Assembly: GCA_048887225.1 (NCBI GenBank)
Contig: JBHLJY010000002.1
Coordinates: 224,001 to 288,000, forward strand
Source of the DNA: Candidatus Hodarchaeota archaeon
Lineage (GTDB): Archaea; Asgardarchaeota; Lokiarchaeia; Sigyniarchaeales; SOKP01
Length of the DNA: 64,000 nucleotides
Reading direction: 5' to 3'
Shown here in pieces: positions 57,028 to 64,000 of this stretch. A program made the position numbers and the translations under genes. Under the pieces are notes generated by a model. That model saw only the letters and a program-made list of their open reading frames with translations, made no database searches and was not told where the DNA came from. The first letter of the stretch is position 1. Each line of letters begins with the position of its first letter.

Positions 57028-59022
57028 CTAAGTTTTGAAAAGTATATAATCGCTGTTTTCTAACTTCTCTTTAAAATCTGGATTACGAGATAAGTAATCT
57101 TCTATTCTTTCATTATCTAAATAATCTTTTGGAAAAATTAAATAATCAATATCCCTTTGCTGAACTTCTAATAAAAGTTCTTCATAAGTAGAATTTTCCT
57201 TCAAATCCCATTCTTTAACTTTCATATCATAAAGCATCCTAAAAATTACTGCCGAGTCTAACTCTTCGCGTAAAATTACAGAATCTGGATCCGCGTTTTC
57301 TCGGAGATAAAGTACAACCTCTACTAAGTTATCATCATAATAATAATAAAAATCAGGCCATCGATTTATATAATATGTTGAGCTTGCTGATACTAACAAA
57401 AAACCAACCATAATGGAATCAATTCTAAAGAGTCTTGAATACGGTTTTCTGCTATTAATGAATTTTTTATAGAATGCAAATTTATGAATTAAATAATCTG
57501 TAAATAATCTTGCTTTATTTACAACCCATTCAATTGCATAAACCGTTATAATTATTACAGGTAAACAAAAACTTTGTAAAATCCTCTTCCTAAATTTAAT
57601 AAAAAAACCTAAATTGTAAAAAAAGGAAGGTAAAAAGAAAAATATTATAATCATTATAATAAAGAACTTGAAATATGCTAAAATCTCTAAGTCTTTTTGA
57701 CTTTTTTTAGGTTTGACATATATTAATAAGCCTATAATTGCAAAAATGAAAAAGAGAAATATCGAATTCCTAAAAATTTCATCAAAAACATCTAATAATC
57801 TTACATCTATAATTGGCTCAAAAAATTCCAACGGAAATACCATTTCTAACAAATAATTATTAAGATCTTCATAAAATACATTATAAAGGGAATCTTCAAA
57901 ATTAGTAAAACGCTCTGAAAAATGCACAAGAAAGTCAAAGAATGAATCATTATAGACTATATATATACTTAAAAAGTAAGGAATTAAAAGAACTAACGAA
58001 ATTGATATTAAAATAACAATAGAATATGTTTGTTTTAAAAAATTTTTCCGATTTTTAATAAAAAGTAAAAACTTAAAAACGTAAAAGGAAAAAAGTACAA
58101 AAATATAATAGAAAGTCGTGAGTGGGTGGATCAAATACAAACCCGCTAAAAATATTCCAATTATATAATCAGGATATTTATTTATTACTATTAGTATTGA
58201 GATTACAAGTATAATTGATGCTAAAGAAGATGACAAATATAGTATCGTCCGTGCTATGAAATATCTTGATATTAAAATAAATAATAAGGCTAAAATAACG
58301 AGATAATGCTTTTTAAACAGTTTTCTAATGATTATAAATGCGATAATTATATAAAGTGATAACATGTAAAGAGAGATTAATTTAAAGTAATAATATCCAA
58401 AGATGTAATCGGGGTAAATCAAAAGAACGCCCGCATTGAAAAATGTGTGACCAGAAGGGTAGTTGTAATCTAAATATTCATATTCAATATGTCCATTATC
58501 AATTAAATAGAAAACCGTCTGATACCACTTGAAAGGATCTGTATAAATTAAGGAATCAGAGTCATTGATAATTACCATTTGAATCATGATACTTATTACA
58601 ATTATAAAAACTAATGATGCGAAGCAAAATATATTGTTCTTATCTGAAAAGTACTCTTCAACTCTCTCTTTAAATAAGCTTATTTTATATTGAGAGATTA
58701 TTTTTTCTTTATTTCTGAAGATCAAATAACCAAGAAAAGCACTATCAAAGATAACAATTGAAAGATAAGCAGTATAGAAATTAAACATCTTAAATAAGTC
58801 AATAATATAACATAAACTGATATAAATGGACACACCAAGACCAAATGATAGAAATAACTGTTCTAAAAAGGTATTAGAGTGATTTATTTTTTCAAATTTT
58901 TCTCTTTTGTTAAATATCTTTTCTTTTATTAAGAAAAAAACAGAATATCCTAAAATGGATAAGAGAAAGAAAAATACAAAAAAAATTAAACCTACAAGAA
59001 AAATATATAGCAGAATATCCAT
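57028..59022 (-). CDS. Polytopic membrane protein, GT-C-like
   Basis: SFGLG, TDPFKW...YPSG, FNAGVLL, LIHP, RKR, soluble C-terminal domain (EVVLYL...DYLIFPK). Confidence 0.6.
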   Translation of the reverse strand: MDILLYIFLVGLIFFVFFFLLSILGYSVFFLIKEKIFNKREKFEKINHSNTFLEQLFLSFGLGVSIYISLCYIIDLFKMFNFYTAYLSIVIFDSAFLGYLIFRNKEKIISQYKISLFKERVEEYFSDKNNIFCFASLVFIIVISIMIQMVIINDSDSLIYTDPFKWYQTVFYLIDNGHIEYEYLDYNYPSGHTFFNAGVLLIYPDYIFGYYYFKLISLYMLSLYIIIAFIIIRKLFKKHYLVILALLFILISRYFIARTILYLSSSLASIILVISILIVINKYPDYIIGIFLAGLYLIHPLTTFYYIFVLFSFYVFKFLLFIKNRKNFLKQTYSIVILISISLVLLIPYFLSIYIVYNDSFFDFLVHFSERFTNFEDSLYNVFYEDLNNYLLEMVFPLEFFEPIIDVRLLDVFDEIFRNSIFLFFIFAIIGLLIYVKPKKSQKDLEILAYFKFFIIMIIIFFFLPSFFYNLGFFIKFRKRILQSFCLPVIIITVYAIEWVVNKARLFTDYLIHKFAFYKKFINSRKPYSRLFRIDSIMVGFLLVSASSTYYINRWPDFYYYYDDNLVEVVLYLRENADPDSVILREELDSAVIFRMLYDMKVKEWDLKENSTYEELLLEVQQRDIDYLIFPKDYLDNERIEDYLSRNPDFKEKLENSDYILFKT

Positions 59023-59159
59023 TTTGTTCTTAAATCAATTCAAACTTTTCAGATTATTTGAAATAATCTTATTTAATGATTAAATATTTTTAATTTTTAA
59101 TAACACAGTTTATATTCTCATTATTTTTGAATCTTTTGAATGTAATTAACGAATGAGTA

Positions 59160-60335
59160 ATGAATATTCTAATTATATCTCAGGTGTTCCCCCCTAAAAG
59201 AGGAGGAGTACAGACAGCTGCGTATAACACAGCCAAATTTCTAGCTAATCTTGGCCATGATGTAGTAGTTGTAACAAGTAAATGGGGAGAAGAACAACGA
59301 AAAAAGCATAAAATGGATGGTTTTCTCGTATACCGATTTAAACAATTTAATCCCCCTGAATATTCTAAGATCACACAAGTTTCAAGTCTAAGATTCATGC
59401 CAAAAGCTATATATAAATTACCTAAAATAATTAGAAAACATAAAATCCAGGTAATCCACGCAGAGAGCAGATTATTTCCAATTTCATGGATCTCAACATT
59501 ATTAAATAAAATTATTTTTAAAAGACCTATGTTTGTATCTGTTCAAGGGCGTTTAGAAGTTGGGATTACTGGCATAATAGAGAATGTTTTTGATAGAATT
59601 ATTACTAAACATGTTTATGAAAAGAATTTGAATAAAATAATTTGTGTTAGTGATTCTCTTAAAGAGCGACTTGTTCAACTTAAAATAAGAGAAAGTAAAT
59701 TAAAAATGATACCAAATGGAGTAGATACAACTGAATTTGTTCGTCGTCCTCATTCAACATTTTTGGACAAACACCTAAATGGAAAAAAAGATTATAAACG
59801 AGTTGTATTTGTGGGTAGGCTAGATGTTCAAAAAGGTGTAGAATATTTAATACGAGCGATTCCAAACGTAATTTTAAAGTACAAAAAGGTTCATTTCTTT
59901 GTTCTTGGTAATGGAAATTTAGAAATCATGTTAAAGAAACTTGCCAAAGAATTACAAATTCAAGATCATGTGACATTTTTAGATTTCATTCCGTTAGAAA
60001 AAATGCCTGATTTTTATTCTTCGGCAGATATATTCTGTTTACCATCTCTTCACGAAGGTTTTCCATTAAGCATTGCTGAATCTCTTTCAATAGGATTAAT
60101 TATCGTAGCCTCTGCGATTGAAGGCGTTCCAGAAGCAATAATTGAAGGAAAAAATGGATTCTTAGCTAAACCTGGCAATGTTATAGAATTATCCAATAAA
60201 TTACTTAAAGCACTAAATCTTAAGGAAAACCAAATTAATGAGATTAAAAATAATAATATCAAATTAAGCAGATCTAAATATTCTTGGGAGAAAATAGTCG
60301 GAGAAATTGTCAAAGTCTATAAATTAAGTCCTTAA
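59160..60335 (+). CDS. GT4 glycosyltransferase
   Basis: FPPKRGGV, GHDVVVVT, IPNGVD, FVGRLDVQKG, EGFPLSIAES. Confidence 0.92.
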   Translation: MNILIISQVFPPKRGGVQTAAYNTAKFLANLGHDVVVVTSKWGEEQRKKHKMDGFLVYRFKQFNPPEYSKITQVSSLRFMPKAIYKLPKIIRKHKIQVIHAESRLFPISWISTLLNKIIFKRPMFVSVQGRLEVGITGIIENVFDRIITKHVYEKNLNKIICVSDSLKERLVQLKIRESKLKMIPNGVDTTEFVRRPHSTFLDKHLNGKKDYKRVVFVGRLDVQKGVEYLIRAIPNVILKYKKVHFFVLGNGNLEIMLKKLAKELQIQDHVTFLDFIPLEKMPDFYSSADIFCLPSLHEGFPLSIAESLSIGLIIVASAIEGVPEAIIEGKNGFLAKPGNVIELSNKLLKALNLKENQINEIKNNNIKLSRSKYSWEKIVGEIVKVYKLSP

Positions 60336-60446
60336 AAAGTTGTTTATACAATCAAATAACTCATTAAATAAATTTAAATTTCATAATGATATTACTATCA
60401 TTAACAAGGATTTGTAATCTTAAGAATATTTAACTTTAATAAAAAT

Positions 60447-61352
60447 ATGACAAGTCCTCAGAAAAAATTAGATTTTCAAACACAATTGCCATTATTTTGT
60501 TATGGAGGTCTTATAATAATAGCTCTTTTACTTGTTATTTCTAAAGATTTAAAATCTAATCAAAAAAAGAGATTTGTTAACTCAAGGAATGAATACCTTT
60601 ATCCTGGTTTAAGAGTAGGTATTATTATACCTGCTTATAACGAAGAACAGAATATCGGAAAAACTCTGTCACTTATGCCCAGAAATATCAGCGATAAATT
60701 TGAAGTGATCGTTATTGATGATGGTTCAAGCGATAAGACAGTAGAAATTGCAAATCAATTTGATACAACGGTTATTCGACATCCCAAAAATAAAGGAAAC
60801 GGAGCTGCGATACAAACAGGTTTAGATTATTGTAGAGATAACGACAAAGAGATTGTTTTAATAATCGACGCCGATGGCCAGCATGAACCTCGTTATATTA
60901 AAGATTTTATAAAGCCGATTGTAGAAGATGGTTATGATTATGTAATCGGCAATCGTTTTAGATACCATTATAACATGAGACTAGTTAAAAAAGTAGCCTC
61001 AAGAATAATGAGTTTCGTTGTATCTTTTGTACTTCGCCAAGAGATAAGCGATCCTACTATGGGATTTAGAGCGCTTTCAAAAAGAGTGATAAAATTAACA
61101 TATTTTGAATCTGATTATTCAATTACGCTTGAAATGCTTTTTAAAATAGTTCCTTACTTTAGGACTTGTCAAATTCCTATTAAAATAAATGAAAGAGTGT
61201 ATGGTCAATCTTTCATAAAATTAAAGAGATATTTCTATAAAACTTTTTTCTCATTCATAAAATATTTCCTATTTCCAAAAGTGTACAGATTTGCATATCA
61301 GGCTTTAAGGAAAGATTTAAGAAGGAAAGTCTACCTGATGTTCAAAACATAA
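60447..61352 (+). CDS. GT2 glycosyltransferase, polyprenol-phosphate glycosyltransferase (DPM synthase-like), with an N-terminal TM helix
   Basis: IIPAYNEE, VIDDGSSD.T, NKGNG, DADGQH, GNRF, D.TMGFR. Confidence 0.88.
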   Translation: MTSPQKKLDFQTQLPLFCYGGLIIIALLLVISKDLKSNQKKRFVNSRNEYLYPGLRVGIIIPAYNEEQNIGKTLSLMPRNISDKFEVIVIDDGSSDKTVEIANQFDTTVIRHPKNKGNGAAIQTGLDYCRDNDKEIVLIIDADGQHEPRYIKDFIKPIVEDGYDYVIGNRFRYHYNMRLVKKVASRIMSFVVSFVLRQEISDPTMGFRALSKRVIKLTYFESDYSITLEMLFKIVPYFRTCQIPIKINERVYGQSFIKLKRYFYKTFFSFIKYFLFPKVYRFAYQALRKDLRRKVYLMFKT

Positions 61353-61359
61353 ATCTCTT

Positions 61360-62544
61360 CTACGTGAATGGCGAATTTTTCAGAACTTTCTTATAAATTA
61401 ATATTATCTTTTTAGTTATCGCTTCCCAAGAAAACTTTTGTCTAATTAAAGCTCTTCCAATCTTTCCTAATTTTGCATATTCTTGATTGTTTTTTATTTT
61501 GTTGATAAATTCAATAGCCTGATCTAACATACCATTTTCAAATAAATAACCTGTTTTATTATGCTGGACAATCTCGCTTGTCCCCCCAACGTCAGAAGCC
61601 ACAACTGGAATTTCACATGATAATGCCTCTAACACACAAGTTGGCAATCCTTCTGCTCTAGAAGTTTGTACAAATATTGAGCATTGATTATAATATTTAA
61701 CTATTTCACTATGGTTTACTCTTTCTAAGAATTTGATTGGATATTTTTCATTTGCTTTTTTCACATCATTTAGATATGGGCCTTCTCCTATAATTAAAAA
61801 CTCTTGATTTCTATCAATCTCATTAATTTTCTTGATTAATTCTAAAAACAAATCAATACCTTTAATTTTAGTTAATCTCCCGATGAACCCTATATATTTT
61901 TTATCGATCTTATCTAATCTTTTAAATTCTTTAGAATCTACTACATTTGGGATATAAAAATTGTGTGTTTTTCTATTACTTTTAAAGACATTATTAACTG
62001 CCAATAGGTCTTCTTTAGATACTGAAATTATTGCATTTGCTCTTTTAATCATAAATTTACCAATGATTAAATCAAAAAAAAATTTCTTTATAAGTAGCAT
62101 AGCTTTTTCAATTAAGCTTGAAGCAATAAATTCTTCAGTTTGAATCCCCCCGTGAAGATGTAATATAACGGGTATTTTTTGATTAAATAGTAATCTATAA
62201 ATGAAAGTTTGTATCGTTGCGAAATATATATATGAATGGACATGAATTAGATCATATTTATTTGCGTTTTTCTTCAAGTATTTTAAAACTAAGAATAATG
62301 GATTCTTAATTCGTAAAAAATTATCATTATCTGGGAAGGCATATACTTTTTGTTTTAATACATTTATGTTTAATCCAATTTGATCAATTATTGGCCCTTT
62401 TTTTGACAATGTACTTGTGAGGATATCAACTTCAATACCTTTTTTTTCTAAATTTAAAGCTAGATCCCTACAAAAAAGAGCTAGTCCTCCTAGATATTCT
62501 GGAGGAGAAGGAGTAATTATTAAAACTTTCATTTTATTTATCAA
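61360..62544 (-). CDS. GT4 glycosyltransferase
   Basis: GGL, HLHG, IPN, FIGRL...KG, EGLPTCVLEA, SDVGG. Confidence 0.9.
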   Translation of the reverse strand: MINKMKVLIITPSPPEYLGGLALFCRDLALNLEKKGIEVDILTSTLSKKGPIIDQIGLNINVLKQKVYAFPDNDNFLRIKNPLFLVLKYLKKNANKYDLIHVHSYIYFATIQTFIYRLLFNQKIPVILHLHGGIQTEEFIASSLIEKAMLLIKKFFFDLIIGKFMIKRANAIISVSKEDLLAVNNVFKSNRKTHNFYIPNVVDSKEFKRLDKIDKKYIGFIGRLTKIKGIDLFLELIKKINEIDRNQEFLIIGEGPYLNDVKKANEKYPIKFLERVNHSEIVKYYNQCSIFVQTSRAEGLPTCVLEALSCEIPVVASDVGGTSEIVQHNKTGYLFENGMLDQAIEFINKIKNNQEYAKLGKIGRALIRQKFSWEAITKKIILIYKKVLKNSPFT

Positions 62545-62598
62545 ATTTTTTAATTAAATAAATAGAATTTAGATTAGTTATATTAAAGTATTGTAATT

Positions 62599-63972
62599 TT
62601 ACCATTTATAAAATCCTATTAATTGAAAAATCATTGTTTGAATAAAAACTAAGATTAACAATTTATTCTTTTCAGATAAAGAAAAATCCCTCTCGTTTAA
62701 ATAGAATGCTACAGGAAATAATAAAAATGGATAAATATAAGAACACCCCCTTGCGGTTTCACCAGTTTTATATACACCTAATAAAAAAAGAGACAATAAA
62801 ACAACAATAGCAGAACTCATCAATAAATAATAATCTGAAAATTCACTTTTCAATATAGAATTACCTCGTAGAAACAATAGAAAGAGAAATGGTCCAAAAA
62901 AAAACAGAATTTCTAAAATATTCTCAACTCTGCTAACAAAATACCCAAATGGATCTGCAAATAACCAAAATCCTTCAGGATTTTCTTGTTGACTCGCATA
63001 TAGAAAAGAAGCTATGTAGTTAAAATTGAATAAAACTAAAAATACGACGTATACTAAAATTAAGCTCATAGAAATTAAAAATATATTCTTAAAATTCGTT
63101 ACTCTCTTATTTTTATAAGATTTTATCATTTCAAAACAGAATAAAACACCCAAAATAAAAACTACCATGAAAGTCAAAAACGCTATTAAAAAGAGACAAG
63201 TAATTGTACCAATCAGGTTTATTCTATTATCCGGATGCATATAGAAATAAATAACTCCAAGAATTAGGGTTGCTATGATTGCGTAGTTATTAGCTAAATA
63301 GTATATTTGAATAGCTGGAAGAAGTAAAAACAAAAAAGTCATATAGAGAGCTAGATCATCATTAATTACTCTTTTCAGAATCCCATACAAAAAAAAAGCC
63401 GAAAAAATCGTCGAAATAACAAGTATCGCAAGCGATATTAAAGCTGGAAATACAAAGATTTTATATAGAAGATAGTATAATAGGACAGCTCCAGGAGGAT
63501 GTGTTCTCGAATGAAGCTCTAAACTATGTTGCCGTTGATTAAAAGTTCTTAAGAATTCAAGTGGATCCTCAATTTCTATTGCATCCCAATAGTATGTTAA
63601 TCCTCCAGAGCCCTCAGTAGGACTTACAAAACCTTTCCAGAGCCCATGGAATATATTTGTACCTATTATCAGTAAAATTCCTATAATTATCACAATGTAG
63701 AGCTTAAATTCATATTTGGATCTTAATTTTAAGATTAATAAAAAAGATATGAATACTATGGCTGCTATTATTATTCCGAAGATTGTGGGAATAATTGGCT
63801 CTACTTTTCCAATAGGCCAATATCGACCTACGGTTCTGTTAAAGAATGACGAGATTAATTTAAAGAGTAAATTAACACCAATCCAAAAACCTACAAATAT
63901 TAAAGTAATGAATGTAATTTCCTTGTAGCTAAAGAGTTCAAAATTGTTTTTTTTTACTTCAGTATCAGCCAT
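62599..63972 (-). CDS. Polytopic GT-C-like glycosyltransferase (ArnT/PMT/mannosyltransferase-like)
   Basis: About 11 TM segments, YYWDA, THPPGAVLLY, GETAR. Confidence 0.6.
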   Translation of the reverse strand: MADTEVKKNNFELFSYKEITFITLIFVGFWIGVNLLFKLISSFFNRTVGRYWPIGKVEPIIPTIFGIIIAAIVFISFLLILKLRSKYEFKLYIVIIIGILLIIGTNIFHGLWKGFVSPTEGSGGLTYYWDAIEIEDPLEFLRTFNQRQHSLELHSRTHPPGAVLLYYLLYKIFVFPALISLAILVISTIFSAFFLYGILKRVINDDLALYMTFLFLLLPAIQIYYLANNYAIIATLILGVIYFYMHPDNRINLIGTITCLFLIAFLTFMVVFILGVLFCFEMIKSYKNKRVTNFKNIFLISMSLILVYVVFLVLFNFNYIASFLYASQQENPEGFWLFADPFGYFVSRVENILEILFFFGPFLFLLFLRGNSILKSEFSDYYLLMSSAIVVLLSLFLLGVYKTGETARGCSYIYPFLLFPVAFYLNERDFSLSEKNKLLILVFIQTMIFQLIGFYKW

Positions 63973-64000
63973 TTTAGAATAATAATATCCTCTTAAATAA

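Noticed and set aside
5551-63928. Short antisense or overlapping ORFs in the track (e.g. 7170, 10203, 16321, 16822, 21412, 27366, 34359, 41839, 55994)
   Set aside because: They lie within longer motif-bearing genes and show shadow-frame composition.

Overview
AT-rich archaeal DNA that looks like an Asgard archaeon of Lokiarchaeia/Promethearchaeota type. This is inferred from eukaryotic-signature genes, a tRNA with BHB introns, TrmB, PDCD5 and UPF0280. 0-13 kb: tail of a sugar-catabolism cluster plus housekeeping genes, a candidate ~140-nt structured ncRNA or MITE at 8.2-8.3 kb, and a tRNA-Tyr(GTA) with two introns. 13.4-27 kb: a eukaryotic-signature neighbourhood with an E2, a UBA3-like E1, a protein with 7 MIT/TPR-like repeats, a Rab-like GTPase, and a roadblock gene followed by a longin-Arf-like GTPase that probably starts at ATA. 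Metabolic genes are interspersed. 27.7-64 kb: a ~36 kb cell-surface glycan locus that runs off the window end. Its core has two myo-inositol-1-phosphate synthase paralogues, a stand-alone inositol-1-phosphate cytidylyltransferase-like enzyme and three TagF-like polyol-phosphate transferase domains. These sit with an ABC-2 exporter, GT-C-like membrane proteins, many GT4s, a sulfotransferase, methyltransferases, a kinase-like protein and a radical SAM enzyme. The best candidate novel system is a teichoic-acid-like polymer built from CDP-inositol in an Asgard archaeon (inference). All calls come from reading motifs by eye; no searches were run.
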